Origin: an uncultured Rikenellaceae bacterium
GTDB lineage: Bacteria > Bacteroidota > Bacteroidia > Bacteroidales > VadinHA17
DNA: 62,927 bases
Direction of reading: 5' to 3'
NCBI GenBank assembly: GCA_964383915.1
Contig: CAYLJE010000003.1
Coordinates: forward strand, 1-62,927
Part shown: piece by piece, positions 9,454 to 18,744 of the stretch
Numbering within the stretch: the first letter of the stretch is position 1
How the letters are laid out: every line of letters starts with the position of its first letter
Position numbers and translations under genes: made by a program
Notes under the pieces: model-generated
Database searches by the model: none
Told to the model about the DNA's origin: nothing
What the model saw: the letters and a program-made list of their open reading frames with translations, nothing else

Positions 9454-10791
9454 ATGGCAAAAAGAAGAGTTATCATTATTGGTGCAGCAGGAAGGGATTT
9501 TCATAATTTTAATACTTTCTTTCGAAACAACAACCAGTATGAAGTGGTTGCATTTACGGCGGCTCAGATTCCGGATATAGACAGGCGTTTATATCCGCCG
9601 GAGTTATCAGGGGATTTGTATCCGCAAGGAATTCCGATTTATCCTGAACAGGAGTTGCCAAAGCTGATCCGGGAGATGCATGTGACAGACTGTGTGTTTT
9701 CTTACAGTGATGTTCCCTATCAGAAGGTAATGGAAGTGAGCGCCATTGTCAATGCCAGTGGGGCTTCATTTATGTTGCTGGGTCCGGATGATACGATGGT
9801 AAAAAGTCACAAACCGCTTATTGCTGTCGGAGCAGTACGGACAGGATGTGGGAAAAGTCAGACGTCACGCCGGGTTATTGAAGTTTTGATGGAGAAAGGT
9901 TTAAAAGTTGTAGCCGTCCGGCATCCGATGCCTTATGGCAGTCTGGCGGAACAGAAAGTACAACGGTTTGAAACCCTGGAGGATTTGAACAAAAACCAGT
10001 GTACCATTGAGGAAATGGAAGAATATGAACCTCATATTGTCCGGGGAAATGTGATTTATGCCGGAGTGGATTATGAAGCCATCCTGCGGGCGGCTGAAAA
10101 CGATCCGAAAGGTTGTGATGTGATCTTATGGGATGGTGGTAATAATGATTTTCCGTTTTATAGACCTGATTTAATGATTACTGTGGTGGACCCTCACCGG
10201 GCTGGTCATGAGCGCAAGTATTATCCGGGAGAGGTGACCTTGCGTATAGCCGATGTGGTTATTATCAATAAGATGGATACGGCCCGGCCGGAAGATGTAC
10301 AAACGGTCAGGGAAAATATTAGGGAGCTGGCTCCTGAGGCTGTGGTTATAGATGCAGCCTCTCCCATCCGGGCAGACCATCCGGAAGTGATACGGGGGAA
10401 ACGGGTATTGGTCGTGGAGGATGGTCCGACACTGACCCATGGAGGCATGACCCTGGGGGCCGGCATCGTAGCTGCACGGAAATACGGGGCTGCCGGACTG
10501 GTGGATCCTCGTCCGTTCCTGGTTGGCAAGCTGCATCAGACATTTGAAACATATCCCGGGATAGGCACCTTATTGCCTGCCATGGGATATGGAGAAGAAC
10601 AGTTACACGACCTGGAGAAGACCATTAACAATACCGACTGTGACGCCGTTGTGATCGGGACCCCGATCGACCTGAACAGGATCATTAAGATTACCAAACC
10701 CACTACACGGGTATATTATGATCTGCAGGAAATCGGCGATCCGACACTGGATGATGTGCTGGAGAAATTTGTTAAAAAGATTCAGGGATAG
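9454..10791 (+). CDS. COG2403 P-loop ligase, probably ArcE-type arginine synthetase (family often auto-annotated as GTPase or cyclic 2,3-diphosphoglycerate synthetase)
   Basis: GAAGRDFHNFN N-terminus, AVRTGCGKSQT P-loop, RHPMPYG, WDGGNNDFPF, EDGPTLTHGGM and LPAMGYG. The ArcE assignment rests on my recall of the Thermococcales protein. Confidence 0.7.
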   Translation: MAKRRVIIIGAAGRDFHNFNTFFRNNNQYEVVAFTAAQIPDIDRRLYPPELSGDLYPQGIPIYPEQELPKLIREMHVTDCVFSYSDVPYQKVMEVSAIVNASGASFMLLGPDDTMVKSHKPLIAVGAVRTGCGKSQTSRRVIEVLMEKGLKVVAVRHPMPYGSLAEQKVQRFETLEDLNKNQCTIEEMEEYEPHIVRGNVIYAGVDYEAILRAAENDPKGCDVILWDGGNNDFPFYRPDLMITVVDPHRAGHERKYYPGEVTLRIADVVIINKMDTARPEDVQTVRENIRELAPEAVVIDAASPIRADHPEVIRGKRVLVVEDGPTLTHGGMTLGAGIVAARKYGAAGLVDPRPFLVGKLHQTFETYPGIGTLLPAMGYGEEQLHDLEKTINNTDCDAVVIGTPIDLNRIIKITKPTTRVYYDLQEIGDPTLDDVLEKFVKKIQG

Positions 10792-10842
10792 TTTAGAAAG
10801 AAGGTTAGATTGTTGCTTCGGGGTGCTCTGGGCGCCGGGATG

Positions 10843-12687
10843 TTAATCTATAATTCCCAATAACTTCATCAGGAAAGTAGCATTCATATGTTTTGTGATA
10901 CCCGGATAAAGTATATAATCAAACCGGATAGTATCTTTTTCCGGGACGGCTTCAAAGCATTCGGTAACAATATTATCAGGAAATTCTTTTTCCATTTCGG
11001 CCAGGATAAGATCATGTGTGGCAATAATACCTGCTCCTCCCAGGGAAATCATTTTACGTAGTACGGCTTGCGATCCTGAAGCTTTATCACGGGAGTTAGT
11101 GCCTTTCAATATTTCGTCCAGTAACACGATGACAGGCAGGTGGTTTTTCTCCTTTAGTCTGTCAAGGATGATGCGAAGACGGTTTAGTTCGGCATAGAAA
11201 TAAGACTCGTGTTTTTCCAGAGAATCGCTGGTACGCATACCTGTGTATAAATCGCTGATACGAAAAGACATGCCCCGGGCGCAAACGGGAGCTCCTGCAT
11301 GCGCAAGTATAAGGTTTATGCCCACTGTCCTGAGAAAAGTACTTTTCCCTGCCATGTTAGGACCTGTGATAATATGGAATTCGCCCTTTTTTGTTATAAT
11401 AAAGTCATTATCCACTCTTTCGCCGGCAGGGATCATAGGATGGCCGAGTTTTCCGGCGCAGAGCAAGCTTCCGGTTTCTGTGATCTCCGGGAAGACAAAT
11501 TCCGGGTTATTGGCAGAAAAAGCAGCCAGCGAGTTTAGTGCATCCACTTCTGCCACCACATCAAACCATCTACTCATTTTTCTGCCATAACGTGCCAGCC
11601 ATTTTCTGATACTTATTAATACCCAAAAGTCCCAAAGCATCGTAAGGTTCAGTACCACCCCCACAAAAATATTGTGCCGGGCATCCAGCATATTAAACTG
11701 TTTCACCAGCTTGTCCAGTATCGCACCGGCTGGCATTCCTTCGATATTGAGTTGTTTTTTTAATTGTTGTAAATATTTTCCTGTAAAGTCTTTGGCCCCA
11801 ATATGATTAAGCAGGTGTTTGTTCTTTTGCATGAGGTCAATGACCGAAGAGGTGATCCGGTGATAGCGGTTGATTTTTTTTAGAAAAATCCCTTCAAGAA
11901 GGGCAGGTATTAACAAAAAATATAAAGGGATTTGATAAGGTAGTGTCCCGACCCCCCATAAAATGATCAGCACAAACAAAGAGGCAGGGAGTAAGAACGA
12001 TATGATTTTCGCCCATCTCCATTTTTCAAAAACCGGGGTCATCCGGAGCCATTCCCCAAAATGACTCCGGTCATTCTTTCCTTCAGGTCTTTCTTCTCCG
12101 TATGCATAAAAAAGCTGTCGCCACCGGGGTACTTCGGCTAATTCGCTGATCGTTTCCTGCCTCTGCAGGATGTTTTCTTTTTCTTTTCCGGGATTTTGCA
12201 ACCAGCTTGCCAGCCTGTCTCTCCCTGCCAAAGTTACGGTTCTGTTCATCGCCTGAAACAGAGACATTTTCCCGAAAACATCCAGATCGTATGTAAAAGG
12301 ATGACTACGGTCTATAAATTCATTTCCGGGATCAAATCCTGATAAATCTCCTTTTTGGGCGCGGATTTCTTTTTCATTTAATTGTACGATTTCTTCGGCC
12401 ACTTTTTTCCTGAAAGAACGATTCCCATGAATCTTTATCAATGCAAAAAAAGCAATTAAAAACAATCCGCCGGTAACATCTTCCCATGCCAGACGATTCC
12501 TGATCCCTGAATAAAAAAATGTAAACGAGGCTAAAAAGACAAACAATCGGGACCAGGCGATCCTGGTTATTTGTCGTCCTACAGTTGCAACTTTTTCCGA
12601 AGCTTCTGCCTTTAGGTTTTCATATCCGGGAGGGTTGTGCAGGTAACTTAATTCGTTACGTATCTTTCTTGGCGCCGGGGATATCAT
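10843..12687 (-). CDS. MutS-like ATPase (domain V only) with N-terminal and central TM segments
   Basis: TGPNMAGKSTFLR Walker A, LLDEILKGTNS Walker B, ATHDL. Hydrophobic segments near aa 45-85 and 220-270. No mismatch-binding domain I. Confidence 0.85.
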   Translation of the reverse strand: MISPAPRKIRNELSYLHNPPGYENLKAEASEKVATVGRQITRIAWSRLFVFLASFTFFYSGIRNRLAWEDVTGGLFLIAFFALIKIHGNRSFRKKVAEEIVQLNEKEIRAQKGDLSGFDPGNEFIDRSHPFTYDLDVFGKMSLFQAMNRTVTLAGRDRLASWLQNPGKEKENILQRQETISELAEVPRWRQLFYAYGEERPEGKNDRSHFGEWLRMTPVFEKWRWAKIISFLLPASLFVLIILWGVGTLPYQIPLYFLLIPALLEGIFLKKINRYHRITSSVIDLMQKNKHLLNHIGAKDFTGKYLQQLKKQLNIEGMPAGAILDKLVKQFNMLDARHNIFVGVVLNLTMLWDFWVLISIRKWLARYGRKMSRWFDVVAEVDALNSLAAFSANNPEFVFPEITETGSLLCAGKLGHPMIPAGERVDNDFIITKKGEFHIITGPNMAGKSTFLRTVGINLILAHAGAPVCARGMSFRISDLYTGMRTSDSLEKHESYFYAELNRLRIILDRLKEKNHLPVIVLLDEILKGTNSRDKASGSQAVLRKMISLGGAGIIATHDLILAEMEKEFPDNIVTECFEAVPEKDTIRFDYILYPGITKHMNATFLMKLLGIID

Positions 12688-13442
12688 GCCTTGTGTCTCA
12701 TTGAATGTAATTCTTTCTCCATAATATCCCGAACATAAAGAGCCAGCTCCCGTGTATGCATGTCCTCAAAGATTTCAGGAGGGACCTCATCCATTATCCT
12801 GATTCTCAGAATATGTTTTCCCCGGAAGATCGCTCCGTGTTTTGGCAATGCTTCACCAGTTCCATCCAGAACGATTGGCAAAACAGGGATGCCGGTCTCT
12901 TTAGCTAAGCGGAATGCTCCTTCTTTAAATTTCCCCATTTGTGTCGTTTCCGACCGGGTGCCTTCAGGGAAGATCATCAGAGAGGAACCATTATGTAATG
13001 CTTTTTTCCCGTTTTCCATCATTTGGAGAATACTGGTGCGACTACCACGTGTCAAGCGGATGTAACGGTTCAGACTCATCACCCAGCCAAGAATAGGAAT
13101 CCTGAAATTTTCAATCTTGCTGACCCATTTATAATGCCGGAATAACCGGAAAAGTACCAGGATATCCACCATAGACTGGTGATTGGATACCATCACATAA
13201 ACTTTCTTTTTATTCATTTTATTTCTGTTCTCAATCTTTACTTTCCAGAAGGGAGCCACCCAGGTGTATATTGATGACCAAAAACTCGTGAATGCATGCA
13301 GGGATACAAGCCTTCGGTCAAAAGGGAATGTAACCAACCAGATCAGTAGTGCCACCGGGAACAGGGTTGGAAAGGTAATAGTCACAATGATATATAACCA
13401 AACTGAGCGAAAGATATCTTTTATTTTTTCAGAGATGCCCAT
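12684..13442 (-). CDS. plsC: 1-acyl-sn-glycerol-3-phosphate acyltransferase (PlsC family)
   Basis: SNHQSMVD (HxxxxD) and FPEGTRS motifs. Confidence 0.88.
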   Translation of the reverse strand: MGISEKIKDIFRSVWLYIIVTITFPTLFPVALLIWLVTFPFDRRLVSLHAFTSFWSSIYTWVAPFWKVKIENRNKMNKKKVYVMVSNHQSMVDILVLFRLFRHYKWVSKIENFRIPILGWVMSLNRYIRLTRGSRTSILQMMENGKKALHNGSSLMIFPEGTRSETTQMGKFKEGAFRLAKETGIPVLPIVLDGTGEALPKHGAIFRGKHILRIRIMDEVPPEIFEDMHTRELALYVRDIMEKELHSMRHKA

Positions 13443-13460
13443 GATTCGTACGACCTCAGG

Positions 13461-14450
13461 TTAATCGAACAGGAACCGGATCCATTCACCGGGCGAAATT
13501 ACAGAAACTTTCCTTTTTCCCCATATTATTTCCGCTGTTTGTTCCACGGCTTCCCTCCTGAACGATACCCCCTGAAAATAAAGGGCAGTGTCTTTTACCC
13601 CGGCAGGTACAATGGTAAGATCAGGGAAAGATAACTTCTGAATTTTTCCGTCTTTAACAGTGATATGTATATAAAATTCCGAACCGGCATAATGTATTTT
13701 TCTTGACAGGGTACAAGCAGGGGAGTAAGCAACATTCCATTCCCAGGTAGCATATTTTTCCTTTACCAGTTTTCCAATGGCTGCCTGATCTTTTTTGTTG
13801 AACTCATAAATTTCGATAGGAGAAAAATATTGCAGGCACTGCTCTTTCAGTTTTTTTCTGAATTCATCTATTGTTAAAGGAATTTCCAGGTGTTGTCGGA
13901 TATTTGTCACGCGGCTGCGCTGTGACATCACTGCTTTGTCTTTTATTTCCTCCTGGTTGGATTGTAATGCCTCCTCCAGAGTTTGTAATTTAGTATCAAA
14001 AAGAAGAGTCCCGTGATGCAGGACTCTGTTTTTATAAATGTGCTCAGCATTGCCGGATATTTTTTTCCCTGCTATACGGATGTTATGGTGTTCATCGGCA
14101 ACGGCTTTTGCGCCGAGGTTATTGATAAATTCAACCACCGGACGGATATATCTCCCGAAATCTACCAGTTTTCCGGGTTCTCCGGTAACGATAAAACCAA
14201 AGTTCAGGTTCCCTTCGTCATGATATACGGTTCCGCCGCCTGTCAGGCGGCGGATGACGGGAACAGGATGCCTGTGCAAAAAAGAACGGTTTACCTCCCG
14301 GAAGATATTCTGGTGTTTCCCGACAATGACCGACGGCCGGTTGATATACAACAGGACAAAATCGTCCTTTTTTTCTTGCAGGAGGTATTCTTCTGCTGCC
14401 AGGTTAAAATAAGGATCTTTTGTCTGACTATTTATGCAATAAATCATCAT
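13461..14450 (-). CDS. lplA: Lipoate-protein ligase A
   Basis: NLAAEEYL, RRLTGGGTVYHD, KKISGNA and HHGTLL motifs. Start moved to MMIYCIN at 14450 because the longer track ORF overlaps the PAP2 gene. Confidence 0.9.
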   Translation of the reverse strand: MMIYCINSQTKDPYFNLAAEEYLLQEKKDDFVLLYINRPSVIVGKHQNIFREVNRSFLHRHPVPVIRRLTGGGTVYHDEGNLNFGFIVTGEPGKLVDFGRYIRPVVEFINNLGAKAVADEHHNIRIAGKKISGNAEHIYKNRVLHHGTLLFDTKLQTLEEALQSNQEEIKDKAVMSQRSRVTNIRQHLEIPLTIDEFRKKLKEQCLQYFSPIEIYEFNKKDQAAIGKLVKEKYATWEWNVAYSPACTLSRKIHYAGSEFYIHITVKDGKIQKLSFPDLTIVPAGVKDTALYFQGVSFRREAVEQTAEIIWGKRKVSVISPGEWIRFLFD

Positions 14451-14482
14451 TTGATGTCTAAAGTGCCTGGAGTTTGGAGTGA

Positions 14483-15070
14483 CTAGTGCTGGAAGAAAAA
14501 CTTTATTTTTTGTAACCAGCGTCTGTCCGTTTCCCGGAAAAGCAGGAAAATGAACCATCCTGAGAAAATTCCCAATAAGGCTCCTGTTACTACATCTCCG
14601 GGATAGTGAACCCCCAGATAGACACGGCTGTAACTTATCCACACAGCCCACAGGAAAATCAAAATGGAATAGGTTCTGTTTTTCAATAGCAGGGCTGTAA
14701 AGGTAGCAATGCCAAATGTATTGGCAGCATGACTCGAGACGAAGCCATATAATCCTCCACAATGATTTTTTACGAGATGAACCATGGGGGCCAGACTCTC
14801 ATTATGACAGGGTCGCAAGCGTCTGAAGACATCTTTAAACAGGTGTACCGATGTCTGATCGCTCAGAAAAATAAGCAGGGTAATAAAAATGAGCAGAGCA
14901 TAGGCCCGTCGTTTATAATTTTTAATAAGCCAGAGCAGGATAAACAGATATAAAGGGATCCAAAACCATTTTCCACTTACCTGCCACATTACCTGATCCC
15001 AGAAAGGGGAGTGCCATCCGTTGATCAGAAGAAAAAGTGACCGGTCTGCCTTTTCAAGAAACGAAATCAT
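14483..15070 (-). CDS. PAP2 family phosphatase
   Basis: [15 protein letters not shown] and [12 protein letters not shown] motifs. Confidence 0.9.
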   Translation of the reverse strand: MISFLEKADRSLFLLINGWHSPFWDQVMWQVSGKWFWIPLYLFILLWLIKNYKRRAYALLIFITLLIFLSDQTSVHLFKDVFRRLRPCHNESLAPMVHLVKNHCGGLYGFVSSHAANTFGIATFTALLLKNRTYSILIFLWAVWISYSRVYLGVHYPGDVVTGALLGIFSGWFIFLLFRETDRRWLQKIKFFFQH

Positions 15071-16067
15071 GATTTTCCTGATTTAATGTTTCCCAGATCA
15101 AATCTTTCAAACGATCCAAACCCTGACCTGTGACCGAAGATATAAATACCCCCGGGATATCCCGCAGATGAGATTTCACCTCATTCAGCAATTCCTCATC
15201 GAGAAGATCGGACTTGGTGATGGCCAGGATTCTTTTTTTGTCCAGCAGTTCAGGGTTAAATGCTCTCAATTCTTTCAGCAGGATATTATATTCCTCGGTA
15301 ATATCTCTGTCACTGTCTGCCGGAACCATAAACAGGAGCAAGGCATTTCGTTCAATATGGCGAAGAAAACGAGTCCCCATTCCTTTACCCTGATGGGCAT
15401 TTTCAATGATGCCGGGAATATCTGCCATAACAAAAGAACGGTCATCGCGGTATGAGACAATCCCTAGTTGAGGCACCAGGGTGGTAAAAGGATAATCAGC
15501 TATTTTAGGCTTGGCTGCCGTGATGGTGGATAAAAGAGTGGATTTGCCGGCATTGGGAAATCCGACCAGTCCTACATCTGCGAGAATTTTAAGTTCCAGG
15601 ATAAACCATCCTTCCTGTGCATCTTCACCCGGCTGGGCAAAGCGGGGAGTCTGTCTGGTAGCTGATTTGAAGTGTACATTTCCCAGGCCGCCGCGGCCGC
15701 CGGGCAACAGGATTTTTTCTTCTCCGTGGTCCATTACCTCGAAAAGTATCCGTCCGGTCTCAGCACCCCTGGCCACCGTCCCCGGCGGGACCTCAATGAC
15801 CTTATCAGCTCCATTGGCTCCTGTTTTCATGGATGCAGAACCGGATTCACCGTTTGTAGCTTTAATGTGTCGGTGATATTTCAAATGCAGCAACGTCCAC
15901 AGTTGGCGGTTCCCTCTGAGGATAATATGTCCGCCACGTCCGCCGTCGCCGCCGTCAGGCCCCCCCTTCGGGTTGCTTCGATCGCGATGCAAATGGGCTG
16001 AGCCGGCCCCTCCCCGTCCCGAACGGCAATAGATCTTTACATAGTCAATGAAATTGCTCTCAGCCAT
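15054..16067 (-). CDS. obgE: GTPase ObgE/CgtA
   Basis: Gly-rich Obg domain, [20 protein letters not shown] and TKSD motifs. Confidence 0.97.
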   Translation of the reverse strand: MAESNFIDYVKIYCRSGRGGAGSAHLHRDRSNPKGGPDGGDGGRGGHIILRGNRQLWTLLHLKYHRHIKATNGESGSASMKTGANGADKVIEVPPGTVARGAETGRILFEVMDHGEEKILLPGGRGGLGNVHFKSATRQTPRFAQPGEDAQEGWFILELKILADVGLVGFPNAGKSTLLSTITAAKPKIADYPFTTLVPQLGIVSYRDDRSFVMADIPGIIENAHQGKGMGTRFLRHIERNALLLFMVPADSDRDITEEYNILLKELRAFNPELLDKKRILAITKSDLLDEELLNEVKSHLRDIPGVFISSVTGQGLDRLKDLIWETLNQENHDFVS

Positions 16068-16087
16068 ATCTCTCTGTAACTCCGGGA

Positions 16088-16657
16088 TTATTTGTTTTGT
16101 ATTATACTGATAATCCGTTCATACACTTCATCAATGCTTCCTTTCCCATTGATAGGATGATATTTTCCTTGCTGCCTGTAATAATCCATTACCGGGACTG
16201 TTTGTTTAAAATAAACACCCAGCCGGTTTTCAATAACATCCAGGGTATCATCCGACCGGCCTTCAATTTTTCCCCTGTCCAACAACCGTTTAACCAGTTC
16301 CTCATGATCCACTTCCAGGGCCACCAGAAAATGTATGGTGGTATTTCTTTCTTTCAGCATCCTGTCCAGAAACTCTGCCTGGAACACGTTCCGGGGGAAT
16401 CCATCAAAGATAAAACCCCTGACGTCAGGGTAATGGTCCACTGCATTTACCACCATCTGAGCCACATCTTCATCCGGGACAAGCGCTCCCTTATTTATAT
16501 ATGCTTTTGCTTTTATCCCCAAAGGGGTTTTGTTTGTCATCGCATTGCGCAGGATATCACCTGTGGATAAGTGAATTAGATCCAGCGATTTACTAATTTT
16601 AAATGCCTGCGTTCCCTTGCCGGATCCCGGCGGGCCAAAAAGGATTAAATTCATCAT
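16088..16657 (-). CDS. adk: Adenylate kinase (short LID)
   Basis: [22 protein letters not shown] and GRSDD motifs. Confidence 0.96.
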   Translation of the reverse strand: MMNLILFGPPGSGKGTQAFKISKSLDLIHLSTGDILRNAMTNKTPLGIKAKAYINKGALVPDEDVAQMVVNAVDHYPDVRGFIFDGFPRNVFQAEFLDRMLKERNTTIHFLVALEVDHEELVKRLLDRGKIEGRSDDTLDVIENRLGVYFKQTVPVMDYYRQQGKYHPINGKGSIDEVYERIISIIQNK

Positions 16658-16730
16658 GACTATTAAATTTTATGATCATAATTTTGATAAGATCGAATGA
16701 TTGTATAAAAATGTTGTCTTTCTGTTCATA

Positions 16731-17270
16731 TTAATCTTCATCCAGGATATAAATTCCATTAAGATTTCTTCCATATCCATTGTAATCGAGTCCATAACCC
16801 ACAATGAACTTGTTCGGTATTTCCATGCCAACATATTCGACCGGTATCTGATGGTGATAAGCTTCCGGCTTTAGCAAAAAAGAAGCAAAATGAATCTCCG
16901 CCGGCTGAAGAACAGTTAACTGTCGGAGGATATGATTCAGGGTCGTACCGGTATCTACGATATCCTCCACTACAATGACGATATGGTCTTTCAGGTCTTC
17001 ATTCAGACCGGTTAATTGCTTTACCTTTCCGCTACTTTCCATGCCCTGATAGGAAGCCAGACGCAGAAAAGTAATCCTGGCTTTCAGACGAATATGACGA
17101 AATAAATCCGCAGCAAACATAAATACTCCGTTGAGAATTCCTACAAAGACTACTTCCTTTCCCTCAAAATCATGGTTTATTTTATCTGCCATTGCATTCA
17201 CTCTTTGCTGAATGGTTTCCGGAGTAATAATTTTTTTAAAATGTTTATCAAGAATTGTAACTTTTTCCAT
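16731..17270 (-). CDS. hpt: Hypoxanthine phosphoribosyltransferase
   Basis: VVEDIVDTGTT PRPP loop and FIVGYGLDY. Confidence 0.94.
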   Translation of the reverse strand: MEKVTILDKHFKKIITPETIQQRVNAMADKINHDFEGKEVVFVGILNGVFMFAADLFRHIRLKARITFLRLASYQGMESSGKVKQLTGLNEDLKDHIVIVVEDIVDTGTTLNHILRQLTVLQPAEIHFASFLLKPEAYHHQIPVEYVGMEIPNKFIVGYGLDYNGYGRNLNGIYILDED

Positions 17271-17353
17271 GAAAATATTTATATTCGTTATTTTGCTAAA
17301 ATATCAAATCTTGTCTTAAGTTAAATAGAAACTTTGACAAAATACGGAAAAAT

Positions 17354-17863
17354 ATGAAACCGCTTGTAAGTATTATCATGGGAAGCACCTCGGATCTCCC
17401 GGTGATGGAAAGAGCTGCAGATGTTCTTAATGATTTTCAGATTCCTTTTGAGATGATGGCTTTGTCGGCACACCGTACGCCCGGAGAGGTCGAAGATTTC
17501 AGCCAGACTGCCCGTGATAAAGGCATCAGGGTAATCATTGCCGGGGCTGGCATGGCCGCCCATCTGCCCGGATTTATTGCTGCTCATACTACGCTTCCTG
17601 TGGTAGGAGTGCCCATCAAAGCTACCCTGGACGGCTGGGATGCCATTTTATCTATTCTGCAGATGCCTCCCGGGATCCCTGTGGCTACTGTTGGCGTGGA
17701 TGCTGCCCGGAATGCAGGATTGCTGGCTATTCAGATGTTGGCTGTTTCCGATCCCGGATTACAGGAGGAACTTTTACGGTTTAAAGAAGATTTGAAGGAA
17801 AAAGTAGTGAAAGCCAACAGGGATCTTGGATCTATCCAAAAATACACCTATAAAACCAATTGA
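17354..17863 (+). CDS. purE: N5-CAIR mutase
   Basis: MGSTSD, SAHRTP, AGMAAHLPG, VVGVP and QMPPGIPVATV motifs. Confidence 0.97.
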   Translation: MKPLVSIIMGSTSDLPVMERAADVLNDFQIPFEMMALSAHRTPGEVEDFSQTARDKGIRVIIAGAGMAAHLPGFIAAHTTLPVVGVPIKATLDGWDAILSILQMPPGIPVATVGVDAARNAGLLAIQMLAVSDPGLQEELLRFKEDLKEKVVKANRDLGSIQKYTYKTN

Positions 17864-17872
17864 TAAAAATTT

Positions 17873-18718
17873 ATGGTGAATCTTCTGAATAAAAGGATCC
17901 GTTTATTTTACAGACTTCTGGCCGTTGTTATTTCAATAATCTGGATAAATACCGGGAAGGCAGCCCCCATTAATTATCTGCTGGGGGCCCGTTTCGATGC
18001 GATGGCCAATGCTACTGTCATGATCCCTGATTTTTGGTCCTTATCTCATAACCAGGCAGGCCTGGGATGGGTAACCACTCCTTCGGTGGGATTCCACTTT
18101 GAAAATAAATTTGCAGTTCCTCAATACGCTCTCAGTGCCATGGCAGTTGCCGTTCCCACCGGCCCTGGTACCTTGGGAGTCATGCTTTATTATTTTGGAT
18201 ATTCAAAATATCATGATACACGATTTGCCCTTTCTTTCGGACGGGCTTTTACAGAACATTTTGCAGCCGGCGTCCAGTTAAATTATATATCTACATTTAT
18301 TGCAGACGAATATGGTAGTTACGGATCCCTGGTAGCCGAGGGAGGGATCATCGCCATCCCTGTTGACAACCTGTATATAGGGGCTCATATTTATAATATA
18401 ACCGGAGCAAAGATGTCAGATCCCGAAAAAGAACCGCTGCCTGTTATTATGAGGGTAGGCCTTGGCTATCAATTGCAAAAAAGCATCTTTGTCTCTATTG
18501 AAACTGAAAAAGAATTGAATAAAAAACCTGTCTTTAAAACCGGGATGGAGTTAAGCGTTCTGGATAATCTGTTTCTGCGCGGAGGGTATGCAACCCGTCC
18601 GGGCAGACCTTCTTTTGGCCTTGGATATCTGGCCCATCGTTTTCGTGGGGATTTTGCCGTTACGCTCCATCCGCAACTGGGATTTACTCCTTATTTTTCC
18701 GTGATGTATTCCTTTTAA
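17873..18718 (+). CDS. Predicted outer-membrane beta-barrel protein (PorV/FadL-like appearance)
   Basis: Signal peptide, GARFDAMANA...NQAGL N-terminal motif like PorV/FadL barrels, alternating beta-strands and C-terminal aromatic (VMYSF). Confidence 0.6.
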   Translation: MVNLLNKRIRLFYRLLAVVISIIWINTGKAAPINYLLGARFDAMANATVMIPDFWSLSHNQAGLGWVTTPSVGFHFENKFAVPQYALSAMAVAVPTGPGTLGVMLYYFGYSKYHDTRFALSFGRAFTEHFAAGVQLNYISTFIADEYGSYGSLVAEGGIIAIPVDNLYIGAHIYNITGAKMSDPEKEPLPVIMRVGLGYQLQKSIFVSIETEKELNKKPVFKTGMELSVLDNLFLRGGYATRPGRPSFGLGYLAHRFRGDFAVTLHPQLGFTPYFSVMYSF

Positions 18719-18744
18719 TTCCCAGGGGGTGACTATTCCCCGAC

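Noticed and set aside
9454-10791. Calling this gene cyclic 2,3-diphosphoglycerate synthetase or a generic GTPase
   Set aside because: No 2-phosphoglycerate kinase is adjacent, and the GAAGRDFHNFN N-terminus fits the ArcE-like branch better as I recall it
10843-12687. Treating this as canonical mutS partnering the mutL at 51 kb
   Set aside because: Lacks the mismatch-binding and clamp domains and has TM helices
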